A DNA stretch of 63,846 nucleotides, the filler included, from Choristocarpus tenellus KU-1152 (lineage: Eukaryota > Protista > Phaeophyceae), in NCBI GenBank assembly GCA_964200185.2. It is 14 parts of 14 records of this genome, joined end to end, with 100 filler letters (N's around TTAATTAATTAA, not from the genome) between each part and the next. Parts side by side here need not be neighbours in the genome. Positions count along the whole stretch, not along the records: positions 46,857 to 55,275 come from CAXNAD020004736.1; positions 55,376 to 61,098 come from CAXNAD020009909.1; 12 more parts are not named here. One strand, written 5' to 3'. The notes under the pieces were generated by a model. That model had not been told where the DNA came from, made no database searches, and was given only the letters and a program-made list of their open reading frames with translations. Position 1 is the first letter of the stretch, and each line of letters begins with the position of its first letter. Shown here piece by piece: positions 46,857-58,434 of this stretch. Both the position numbers and the translations under genes were made by a program.

Positions 46857-49317
46857 AGGTTGCAGAGGCAGAGGTGGCTGTTGAGGCCTCACAGGGTGAG
46901 GTAGAGGTGGCCATGGAGGAACCCGCTCCTACTGTTGAGATTGCAGAAGTTGCAGAGGTGTCCCGTGAGATCCCTGCTGAGAAGCCAGTGGGTGAGGTGG
47001 AGGTTGCTGCAGAGGAACCTGCTCTAACTGTGAAGGTTGCAGAGGAGGTGGAGGTGGCTGTGGAGGAATGTGCTACTACTGTGGAGGTTGCAGAGGTGTC
47101 CCTTGAGATCCCTGTTGAAGAGCCAGTAAGTGAGGTGGAGGTTGCTGCAGAGGATCCTGCTCTAACTGTGGAGGTTGCAGAGGAGGCAGAGGTGACTGTT
47201 GAGGCAACACAGGGCGGGGTGGAGGTGGCTGTGGAGGAACCCGCTCCTACTGTGGAGGTTGCAGAGGTGTCCCGTGAGATCCCTGTTGAGGAGCCAGTAA
47301 GTGAGGTGGAGATTGCTGTGGAGGTTGTAGAGGTATCCCGTGAGATCCCTGCTGAGGAGCCAGTGGGTGAGGTGGAGGTTGCTGCAGAGGAACCTGCTCT
47401 AACTGTGGAGGTTGCAGAGGTGGCTGTTGTGGCAACACAGGGCGAGGTGGAGGTGGCTCTGGAGGAACCTGCTTCAACTGTGGAGGTTGCGGAGGTGGCG
47501 GAGGTGTCCTGTGACATTCCTGCTGAAGATTCATTGGGTGAGGTGGAGATTGCTGTGGAGGTTGCAGAGGAGACAGAGGTGGTCATTGATGCAACAGAGG
47601 GTGTTGTTGATGTGGCTGTGGAGGAACCTGCTCCTACTGTGGAGGTTGCAGAGGTGTCCCGTGATATCACTGCTGAGGAGTCAGTGGGTGAGGTAGAGGT
47701 TGCTGCAGACGAACCTGCTCCAACTGTGGAGGTTGTAGAGGAGGCAGAGGTGACTAGTGAGGTTCCTGTTGAGGTGAGGGACGTTGATGTGGAGGTTACT
47801 GTGGAGGAACCTGCTTGTACTGTGGAAGTGACGGAGGTGGCAGAGGTTGCTATTGAGATCCCTGCAGAGGAGACAGAGACGGATGTGAAGGTTGCTGTGG
47901 AGGAACCTGCTCCAACAGAGGTTGTGCAAGAGGCAGAGTTGACCGTTGAGGTAATAGAGGCTGGTGTTCATGTGTCTATGGAGGAGCCTGCACCGACTGT
48001 GGAGGTAGGTGTGGAGACAGAGGTGTCCCATGAGATCCCTCATACGATGGCAGGTGGTGAGGTTGAGGTTGCTGTGGACATACCTGCCCGGGCTGTCGAG
48101 GTTGCAGAAGAGGCAGAGGTGTCTGGTGATGTACCTATTGAGGTGATTGAGGAGATAGTTGATGCTGAGGTTCCTGTCGACGATGAGGCTATGTGCGTTG
48201 ACGTTCCTGCCATGACTGCCATGGAAAATGTTGAGGAGGTGGCTGGTGTTGAGACTGCTGCGGAGGATGACATTGAGGTGAGAGGTTTCATTCGAAAATG
48301 TTTTGACAGTTGAGATTTAGTGGAGACGGTATGAAGACTGTCAACCCTGTTTAGCAAAATGAATCAAAGATTTGGAACATTATTCAGTTTTTTGCTTTCC
48401 ATTATCTTTTGACATAGGTGGCAGCGGGTGACTTTGAGGTTGTCCTTGAGGAACCAGCTCATACTGTGGAGGTTGCAGAGGAAGTAGAAGTGGGTGGTGA
48501 GATCCTTCCTGAGGTGGAAGAAGCTGATAAGGCTGGTGCTGATGTTCTGGTGGAAACGACTGGGGTGATTGCTGCTGAAACCACTGTGAAGGCTGTAGGA
48601 GATGTTCACAACACTGTCACTAAGGTATTAGAGTCTGGGGTGGTGACCAGTGTTGATGTTTCAGAAGCCATTTCCAGTGTAGCTTTGGAGGAGCCTGAGG
48701 TTGCTAGCAAAAGTGAGAAGCTTGTTGCGGATGCTGTTGTGAAGGTTACAGAGTCTGCGGCAGAGGCTGAGGTCAGGGTTGAGGAGACTGGAACTGGCTC
48801 AGAGGGAGCTTCCAAGAGTGTTGGAAGGGGCATTGTTGAATTCGTCGATAGTCCTACAGTCAATGTCAATGCGGTCGCACATGAGGTTGTGACTGCTGTT
48901 AAAGAGGCATCTGAGGTTGCCACCACCGGTGCTGTGGAGTCTCTTGATGAGACGTGGATGACTGTGCCAAAGGCGACTGAAAATGCTGTGGAAACAATTG
49001 AGGATTCATCCAAGGCTGCAATAACCACCCATGGTGTGTCGGAGGTTGTGGGAGAAATTGAGGGTCTATCCACAGCAGGCCTGGTGAAGGATACCAATAT
49101 TGTGGCAGAGAAGATTACTGCCATGCCTGCTTCCACAGTTGGTGATGAGAGGGTCTCCAAGGCAACACAGTTTGTTGAGAGCACTGTCAATGGAAATGGT
49201 ACATCTACCTTGCGTGGTGTTGCAGGACCATCAAATGGGAGCCAAGTGATAAGTTCCTCTCCAGCAACGGAAGCATATTCCTTAGACCCAAATGACAAAA
49301 GTCCTGTCCTCTGCAGG
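46857..49317 (+). CDS. Highly acidic Glu/Val/Ala-rich tandem-repeat protein (internal exons; partial)
   Basis: The frame is open from the contig start to a donor at 48277 (GAG|GTGAG), then intron 48278-48417 (..GACATAG), then exon 48418 to about 49317. The unit GEVEVAVEEPAPTVEVAEVSREIPAEEPV repeats with variation, and the frame stays open over more than 770 codons. Confidence 0.75.
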
Positions 49318-51405
49318 GTCAGTTGTAGCATTATGTGAAGGACCCTTCTGAAGGGGGTGGGGCACTCAAGTTGTGGTGGACGGGTGAGTGGAAAGGAGTT
49401 GCAACTACTGGTGATACTGTGGCTGCTTTTGGCTTGGCATAGCTATCCTGCAGCTGACTTTGTGTCAAGGAGTTGTAGCGAGTCATATGCTGCAAAATTC
49501 AAGGCCGGCTGGTTGTACAAAAGCTTGTGAGCGGGGTAGTGTGGTGGTGAGGAAGTGACTTGTGTTTTTATTTTGCAGGATGCTGTATTTTGATATGCTG
49601 TTGGAGATGATGAATCGATGGAAGGGGGCTGGGGGTGGTGGAAACTTGAGGTGTCTCATTACCTTGGGGAGTGGGGGATTTTTTCCTTGGAGTTGATTGA
49701 AAGGTCCTTGAATTGGTGATTAGATGTTCAGGGATAGGGCATTTACTCATAGGTGATGCTATGAAGGAATGTCTCTTAGCTCACGCTTTTATAGAGCAAA
49801 CACCGATTGTGAGCAGCAACGGTTTCAGTTTTGTGAGTGGATTTGTCTGACCCTGCTTAAGTGCGTACAAGGGGGGACAAAATGGCACTTGTGTTGTGGA
49901 ACCTTGTTAGTTGGATGTGCATTTGAGACTTCATCGTTTATTGTCTGTGGGAGGAGAGGTCTGCTTTTCGGTTGTACTTGTTTTACCTTCCATTGATGTC
50001 CTCTCATGCATTGTGTTTTGGTAGGGACTCTATTGTTGGTTTTGTGAAGGTTACATGCCCTATGGGTTGCATTAAATCATTGGTTACCAGTTTACATGAG
50101 AGGACAGATTGAGGAAGGTTGGAAGGGGAGAGCGGGGGTACAGAGCTGTGTAGTGTAGCATGCATGTGTTAAGTGACTTGCCTAGCTACCTTGGATTCCA
50201 CTTCAGCAGATTTTTTCTTGTTCTGCACTTGAAGAACAAGAGTGGAAGAGAGCACGTGTACATGTACCAGAGGGTTTGGCTACTGTGCATGGTCATCAGA
50301 GTTGTCAGGGTTTTGCATTGTATTACTGTTGTTAGTGTTTATAGACTGGCAGAAACAGGGGTGAACCCTGAATGGCAAGACTCTGCATGGTGTTTGCCTT
50401 TTGCTCATGATTGATGTTTTGGTGTGCTCTGTGAAGGTTTCATTAGGCTGGTACATGGAGATGTATAGGTTGTGATTATCCAGAAACTGTCTCGTCATTC
50501 ACTGTACTATGCCCAGGAAGGCAAAGTGCCTACATATTTATTTTCATTATTGTTTTTTTCGGGTGTGCGCATTGTGTTTTCTGTTTTTGTCTGTCTGCGC
50601 AACTATTTGATCGAACCAAGTTTTTGAGTGTTGTGCGGATTTAACAGGTGGTGAGAATTGAGGGAAGGAAGTGATGCAAGGAAATTCAGTTTTGATATAT
50701 GGCCTTCAGCACAAAATGAACACCTTTTGCGGTAGCGCGTAGGAGTTTTTGCCATAGGGTGAACGTTTTTGTACCAGGCAATTGTTTGTTGTTTGTGGTG
50801 GTGTGTTTTTCTTTGTACTTGATGTGTTGTTCTACAGTGTCAAGATCTTTGGTATATCCGTTGCCTATAGAGTGATTGATAGCTCACATACATACATACA
50901 TGTGGTACCTGTGTTGTGAGGTTTATTGTGATGGCTGCATATTTTACTGTTTGTGGTTAAAGGTCGATTTTCACGTGCCGCTTTTGGTAGCGAGCTGTTT
51001 ATGTGTCTTATACCACTTGATGACTGCAGTCGTAGTAGTAGTGCCTTTCATATATTTGGTTTTCCTCACACCCCCATAAATATATTCATGGTGCAGAGAA
51101 CTGTTTTGATTGTGATCTGTAGTTTGCAGTCCACTATCATTATAATAGCTAATGCATGATCGGATTTTATTTAAACTTCACAAGGTGGGAGCATTCATAC
51201 CACCAGTTCTATCTTCATCATTTTCTCCTGCCACATACAATCTCAGCTCAAGTCAATTGTGTTGTCTCTCTGGCTGAGCGACTTAATGTCCAGGAGAGGA
51301 TGCAATGAGCACAGCAGCCCCAAAATAATACATCATGTGCATGCACGTGTTATTACTACTTCTATTGACAATACTACTACAGTATGTTATGTTTTGAGCC
51401 CGAGA

Positions 51406-51574
51406 GACCCAAAGTATCTGGGGGGGGGGTCTACAACAGAGTGTCCATTTGGTCCAAAACCAGGAAAAGTGCACTTTCATTATCCAACACATGGAACCAA
51501 ATCACCCAAAAATCATGACATGAAAAAATTGGCCCCACATGGACAGCCGCCACCCCTCCTAGATACTTTGAGCC
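51406..51574 (+). mobile_element. MITE family B, complete, AGA target site duplication
   Basis: It reads AGA|GACCCAAAGTATCTGGG...CCTAGATACTTTGAGCC|AGA. Confidence 0.9.
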
Positions 51575-51869
51575 AGATGATTTTTTCAATATTCTTGCTT
51601 ATGACATTTTGTACAGGTGTGCGCATTGTGATAAACTCTCTCGATGAGGCTTAGTTCTCATATAGTTGGGAGGCGTGCAACGTTTAAGATGGTGGCCTGT
51701 CGTGTCTGTGAAGGATCACCAGTGCAAAGTACATTTGAAGGGGTTCAAAAACCACATGAAACTGTCTTGGGGGCATCATGCGTGGAGGTGATATAGGGCG
51801 CGAGGCTCGGATGCCTCGGGGGACAGTGGTGACCATCTCGGAGGACTTGGGAATTTCCTAAATCACCGT

Positions 51870-52124
51870 AAACCTAACCAATTGAGAGGTAGGCAGGGTT
51901 GCATTTTAAGGATCCTGACAAAGAGCAAAGAGACGACATTTTGTACCACTACAGAAAGGGTCTTTGGTTAATTGTGGTGCCACTTTGTGTGCGGAAGGGG
52001 AGAATATCAATTTTACATCCACTATTGTGCACTTGAAGCAATGGAGTAGAATGTATTGCACAGGGTAAGAAAGGTTAGAATGCAAAATGGTCCAAACTTG
52101 CCTACTTCTCAATTGGTTTGACTC
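51870..52124. mobile_element. MITE family C
   Basis: It reads AACCAATTGAGAGGTAGGCAG...CCTACTTCTCAATTGGTTTGACTC. Confidence 0.8.
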
Positions 52125-52329
52125 CATGTTCCGTCATCTGAAAGAACATGGCAGTCAGATCGCAAGGGTGAATGTATGGACCTTGTACAATGTCGCAAGG
52201 GGCGCTGTGGCCATTGTACAAATATCCTTGACATTTAGGATGTCCCATTGGTACACACTGCACATCCTTCAGCAAGTGGGAGGCAAAACCTGGGGTCTCC
52301 CTTGCCTCTTTGTGGGATTTGTGCAAGTG

Positions 52330-53215
52330 CTAGAAGGTGAGGAAGGTCAAGGGGTGGATTAAGCCAGTCCTGTTAGACGAGCAGAAATCAACAGGGTAGG
52401 TTTCGTCATGAGCCACATGCACAGGAGGGGGGGGAGTAGGGTATTTGTGGATGATCTATATGACTGGGTACATGTGAACGAGAAGTGGTTTTGCATCCTC
52501 AACGATGGGCAAGGCGTACCTGCACCACCCCAATGAGGACCCCCCCAACCCCCCACGTGCACAGAATAAGCGCTACATTATTAAGGTGATGTTCCTTGCA
52601 GCTGTGGCTCACGCTAGGAACCTCTCCAACGGGATATGGTTCGATTGGAAAATCAGGATCTGGCCAATCGTGTACACTAAGATTGCTCAGCACTCCAGCA
52701 AACACCACCCCAAGGGTACCAAGGTGCTTGTGCCAGCCATTTTGGACGGGGAGAGGTATGAGAAAGTCATGATCGAGGATGCCATCCTGGCAATCAAGGC
52801 CCACAAGCATAGACCAGAAGGACACACCAGCTTCTTGCAGCAGGATGGGGCAAAGTCACACACCAAGGGGGAGATCATGGAGGCAATCCAGGAGGTGGCA
52901 GGGGACGACAATGTTCTAGAGACCCAGCCAGCCAACTCATCTGACCTCAATGTCAACGACCTGGGATTCTTTCCTTCCATCCAGTAGCTGAAGGAAGACG
53001 TGGGGGTGACCAACACAAAGGAGTTGGTGGAGGCCACAATGGAGGCATTTGATGTGTACCCCCTGGAGGCACCAGAGCGCGTCTGTCAGAGCCTCTTCGC
53101 AGTCTACGGTGAAGTGATGGAGTGTAAGGGTGACAACCTCCTCAAAATTCCCCATCTTAGCAAGGAAAGGACTGAGAACGGAAGGCGTGCAAATTCTTTC
53201 CAAATGCCCCAGTGA
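52330..53215 (+). pseudogene. Mariner-like transposase remnant (plant/oomycete DD39D-type lineage)
   Basis: Motifs are VHVNEKWF, KRYIIKVMFLAAVA, FDWKIRIWPIV..AQHSSKHHPKGT, LQQDGAKSH and QPANSSDLNVNDLGFFPSIQ*. There is a frameshift near 52510 and a stop at 52985. Confidence 0.88.
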
Positions 53216-53535
53216 ATACTACTGTGCTGGGATATAGTGTTGAAGAGCTTCAAGGGCAGCAGCATCATAGTGGGTGTAGGGTGACCCATTTTGGTTGAAA
53301 TTCTGGTGAGCAACCTTGAGTGTCTGCACAACACACCCTTAAGATTTTTACATGCAAAAAAAACTTGCTTCTTTTTTGGGGCTGCAAGATTTATGTTTCA
53401 TTTAATTTCAAACGTAGAAAGTATCTCATAATCGAACACTGAAGTGTGAACTCAGTATCATCAACACAGCTAAGGTTTGCTTCCTTGAGTATTTTTATAT
53501 TATTTCTCTTAATGCAAAATTCCTGCCGAGAAATG

Positions 53536-53571
<36 letters not shown>
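53536..53571. repeat. (TAC)n microsatellite
   Basis: There are about 12 tandem TAC units. Confidence 0.9.
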
Positions 53572-54224
53572 ATCAATGGTAGTTCCAACTCAGTTCACTG
53601 AAGTGAAGGGTATGATCTTAATATTGGGCACCCCTGCCCCCAATTTTTGGACTCACCACCCCCCCTTTGTGCATCACTTGGTGATGATCCCCTCTGCATT
53701 CCATCCTTGCTGCCCCTCCATTGCTTGTTTATTCATACATCCATACACTGGTATTCTTCGCAAAACAATACTCTATACAATATATGTGACGATTCAGAAG
53801 TGTTCCTTCCGGACGGATGTGTCTGTATCCTCAGTTATATCTCACCTTTCGGTGTACTTGTCCTTTTCATAATGAATGGTAAATAAATGGAATATTAGTT
53901 GCTTTTTGGTAACACATAAACATTAACAAAAAGCGTGATCCTATGCATATGGTACCATAGTGTTATGTGCTACACATTATCGTATACTACTGTGAATGAA
54001 AGTTGCAGCCCATCAGAAATTACCTAGTACCTACACTAGAGAGAGGGAGAGCATCGTAATTCATTACAGTGGGAATATATGCACAAGATCCCATGGGAGA
54101 AACAGGCCTACTGGTTGTAGAGTATCTTAGTGAGAAACGTAAGAAGAGACTACTCACAGGAGTTTCACTGATAATCTGTTCCCATGTGTTTGGTCTGGGG
54201 GGGGGGGTTGGAGATAGTCAGAGA

Positions 54225-54378
54225 GAGCTAAGAGTAAACGAGAGGGTTGCATTTTACGGATGCCCATAAATGCCCATGATCCCGTTTTTTGTACAAATGC
54301 GTATAGGGACTATTCTGAAATCTGTAAAAAAAAATCACACAATAGAGAAATCAATGCTCTCAAGTCAATCTTAGCATA
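54225..54378. mobile_element. MITE family D, partial
   Basis: It reads AGTAAACGAGAGGGTTGCATTTTACGGATG..AGAAATCAATGCTCTCAAGTCAA. Confidence 0.6.
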
Positions 54379-54592
54379 TTACACACACACACACTCAACT
54401 ATTGTATATGGCTTGCTGCAAGCACTGACTGCCATGCTTTTGTGATGAACCCATGACTTTTTATTGTCATCGATAAGAGGCACAGTAGTAGTAACATTTA
54501 TAGTACCTAGCTATGTGACAACACCGCTACAGCCTGTATGCAGGTAGTGGCTGCCCACAAAATCAATTAATAATGATGCTTCAAAAGGTTTT

Positions 54593-54831
54593 TAGTCAAA
54601 CCAATTGAGAGGGAGGCAGTCTTGCATTATAAAAGGATCCCGACAAAGGGCAAGAAGATGCCATTTTGTGCAAATACAGAAAGAGCCTTTGCTGAATTGT
54701 GGTGTACTTTGTGCATGGAAAGGGGAACATCAATTTTGTGTACACTATTGTACATATAAAAGCAATGAAATAGAGGATAACTTAGAATACAAAAGGTTCC
54801 AAACCCACCTACCTCTCAATTGGTTTGGCTC
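54593..54831. mobile_element. MITE family C
   Basis: It reads AGTCAAACCAATTGAGAGG...CCTCTCAATTGGTTTGGCTC. Confidence 0.8.
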
Positions 54832-55674
54832 CATTAAAAAAAATATTATTCAATTTCAATATACATCGTATATTTCACTCCCAATGTTGTCAACTCGTAC
54901 TTTTCATAGAGTGTCAGAACATAAAGACTACATTTGAAGGCAACAAATAACACCATACAATGCACAGCAACATTTTGTCAACATCAGTACTATGGCAATG
55001 AGCAGCAGTTGGCAGGGTCCAAGGAGAAGTTAAACGTGCAAGAAAAGTACAACGTAGGTGAGGGATACAAATCATTCATCTAAAGAGGATGCCGATGTTG
55101 AGATTCAAGTGTCCCTATGACTGCCTTGTGGTATGTACTGGGAGTAGTGTGGAGGGTGCTATCATCCAACATTGTTCTCAGCTAAACTTCTACAGCCATA
55201 TCCTCCTAAGGGGGGTTATCGGTATTTTGGGCATGGGTTATTTTGCATCAGATTCAAAAGGGTCAAGATCAAGCCNNNNNNNNNNNNNNNNNNNNNNNNN
55301 NNNNNNNNNNNNNNNNNNNTTAATTAATTAANNNNNNNNNNNNNNNNNNNNNNNNNNNNNNNNNNNNNNNNNNNNCCCCCAGGGAACATCAAGACCACCT
55401 CAGGCAAGATCGCCCGCCAATGGTGTAGGAGATCCTATCTCGTGGGCAAGCTCAAGCCTATCCTACGTATAACGGGACCTTCAGGGACTGGGGCCAGGGC
55501 AAAGTCAGATGATGGTTTGAAAAAGAGTCCAGCAGTTTCGGATGAAAAAGCAGGCGTTGGTTCTGGTCCCAAGGTGAGGTGTCGTCTTGAGTGCTGGAAC
55601 CGGAAGGGTTTCACGCAAGGGAAGGTGTGGCTCATTCATTCATCACAATACCTCAATGCGTAACCCTAACCCTA

Positions 55675-55978
55675 TGTCGAGATTATGCTTTTGACTATTT
55701 GTGCGAATATTATTTGAATTGACATTTTATGTACGCACAGATGATGATGCGGGACGTTAAGGATATTTAGGGTTAGGGGTATTTGACTCAGAATACCAAA
55801 TGGCTCGACAGTTCTCTAGTACACGTCAGAAACATTCCGACTCTTAACATTCCGACAATTGCTTCTGGTCAAATACCCCTAACCCCAAATATCCTTTATG
55901 TCCCGTATCGTCGTCTGTACGTATATAAAATATTAATTCGAATCATATTCTCACAAATGGTCGAGCATAATCTTGACA
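55675..55978. mobile_element. Foldback MITE with inverted arms of about 120 bp
   Basis: The left arm TGTCGAGATTATGCT..AGGATATTTAGGGTTAGGGGTATTTGAC pairs with the right arm GTCAAATACCCCTAACCCCAAATATCCT..AGCATAATCTTGACA. Confidence 0.85.
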
Positions 55979-56080
55979 CACTCCCCTCCCCTGCTCTGAC
56001 TATGCAGTGAGAATCAAATCAGTCCAAACTAAATCCCAACTTGAAATCAACTCAATCTGCACACTTCGAATCTTATTCCC

Positions 56081-57731
56081 TCACATGGACAAGCAAAATC
56101 TTGATACATTACCACTCAAAGCCTTCGTGAAGAAATCCCCATGTTGTTCACCTGAGGTTACATAGACAATCGGTGCCTTCCCCTCCTTCACCAAGTTTCT
56201 AACATAATGATATCTAATATCTATATGTTTTGTCCCACCCTCCGAAGCTGTCTTCTCAGCCAACTTGATTGCCACACTATTGTCGTCATGTAATTGTACA
56301 CAATACTTGTTCATACTTGGCTCCAGAAAAAATTGGACTTGCTGCAAAATCATAACCCCCTTGGCCAAATCACACTACTACACATATTCAGCCTCAGTGG
56401 TAGATAAAGCAACAATTTTCTGCATTTTGACCACCAGCTCACACATGCACCCCCAAACATTACCACACCACCAGACACAGAAAATCTTGAAATCTGACAA
56501 TTAGCATAGTCTGCATCAGCACAGCCAATGAGATGGTCCCTAGGTGTATCACCACAAAAACTGAAATTACCAAAAGTCAAGCCCCTCTTACTTGTCCTCA
56601 ACAAATAAGCAATCACTCTTTTGGCCCCTTTCCAATCCGTCACTGTGGGATTCACACACCTCATCGCTAGACTCCTTTTACCGCTGATGATACATTGGGT
56701 CTGGTCATAACAGAAGCCCACATCAAGCTCCCAACCATTGCACGATAACCACCTCTAATTGGTCCCTCCTGAACAATCTCTTCACTAGCAACAGCAGGAA
56801 GGTCACAGCCAGCCGTGATCCCACATTTGTCTACCAAGTTTTAAACATACACCTGCTGGTCTATGGAAACTGTTACAAGTCCATAATCCCTGTTGATACG
56901 ACATCCCTTCTCCCCAAGGTACTCCACAGGAAATTTCTTGTTTAATCCCTGATCTATATCCAAGGGTTAGGGTTAGACCCCTTGCTGGACATAAGCCTAT
57001 CATCGACACGAATGAGCATGATTAGTACCAGTTCCCCATCCAACATCCATCTAAACAAACAAGGATCAGCCTCACATTGTTCCAGTCCCAGCTCCAGTAA
57101 TGATGCTACTACAAGTAGGGCATTCCAATTACACGATGCTTGGACAATCCCATACAATGATTTTTGTAGTTTCCCAACCGCCCCATTGAATTCAGTCACC
57201 ACCACCTCTGGCAGCTCTACATACAGGTCTTCCTCCAGGTCTGCATTGGTGAAAGCCTTTGGTGCGAATTTTCCATGCCTGTAAGTGATACTTGCACTGT
57301 CTACACGGTTGGGATGGGACCTAAGTATGGCAGATGCAGTGAGGGCTTTCACCTATGCAGACCTGGAGGAAGACCTGTATGTAGAGCTGCCAGAGGTGGT
57401 GGTGACTGAATTCAATGGGGCGGTTGGAAGCTACAAAAATCATTGTATGGGATTGTCCAAGCATCGTGTAATTGGAATGCCCTACTTGTGGCATCATTGC
57501 TGGAGCTGGGACTGGAACAATGTGAGGCTGATCCTTGTTTGTTTAGATGGATGTTGGATGGGGAACTGGTACTAACCATGCTCATTCGTGTCGATGATAT
57601 GCTTATGTCCAGCAAGGGGTCTAACCCTAACCCTTGGATATAGATCAGGGATTAAACAAGAAATTTCCTGTGGAGTACCTGGGAGAAGGGACAGTTTATG
57701 GGATGTCGTATCAACAGGGATTGTGGGCTTG
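56081..57731 (-). mobile_element. Ty1/Copia RT-RNase H remnant with an inverted duplication of the RT segment
   Basis: The minus strand gives AFTNADLEEDLYVELP..KLQKSLYGIVQASCNWN..ADPCLF, WKGAKRVIAYL, CADADYA..SVSG and DDNSVAIKL..TKHIDIRYHYVR..GDFFTKAL. A plus-strand copy of the RT segment lies at about 57285-57731. Confidence 0.9.
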
Positions 57732-58251
57732 GGACACCCTATCCTCGCTTGGTTTCTGTTCCCTCAAGGTGGATCCATCTTCCCTAAATGACGAGGACCT
57801 TCTCATCCCCACTTACAGAGCATCTTACAAAGCTTGAAAGGAGATAGAACTGGTGGAGGTGATAGGGTGGATCCAGACAAGCCTTTCTATGACCTGGAGC
57901 TCTCATCCATGTCCACTGCACAATTCAGTGGGCTCCTGGAATAGGTTGGTTTACTGGGGAGGTGGGGGGGGGGGGGGGGTTGTTTTTTCAACCATGTATT
58001 ATTTTTTAATATCTTGTTAGCCTGGCGCAAGACATTCCTCTCTGTAGGAAGACACATGTATCCATGGAATTATGAGTGTATACGTTGGGGAATTATCACT
58101 TGAATCAAAGGAGCTAGAAAAATGTGTCATTCTAGACAGTGTTGGTACTGTATGTTCAGGCATGTAACATGTATGTATGTGGAATGGTGAGAGTTGATGG
58201 GGTTAGAGGTAGGGGTGCTGCTGCCAAGATTAATGGGATTGGGGGTCCAGT

Positions 58252-58434
58252 GACTCAAAGGATCTGAAGGGGGTTTACACCAGGGTGTCCATTTGGGCCC
58301 TGACCAGGAAAAGTGTACTTACATTATCCAACACATGCAATTTAAATCACCCAAAAATCGCGACATGGAAAAATAGGCCCCAAATGGAACAGTTGCCACA
58401 CACACACACACACACACCCCAGATACTTTGAACC
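58252..58434 (+). mobile_element. MITE family B, complete, AGT target site duplication
   Basis: It reads AGT|GACTCAAAGGATCTG...CCCAGATACTTTGAACC|AGT. Confidence 0.88.

Larger units (their letters stand above)
55394..57944 (+). pseudogene. Fatty acyl-AMP ligase (adenylation) C-terminus plus acyl-carrier-domain exons; probably damaged
   Basis: Exon 55394-55573 reads (K)TTSGKIARQWCRRSYL, the A10 motif of adenylate-forming enzymes in a FAAL-like context. A downstream segment at about 57769/57819-57944 reads VDPSSLNDEDLL..LQSIL..VDPDKPFYDLELSSMSTAQFSGLLE* (ACP-like), with an apparent 1-nt frameshift and TAG directly before a GT. Confidence 0.6.

Noticed and set aside
46801-49331. Ser/Thr-rich mucin-like ORFs on the minus strand
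   Set aside because: They are antisense shadows of the GAG/GTG-rich repeat exon. The plus strand has the longer continuous frame and proper splice sites.
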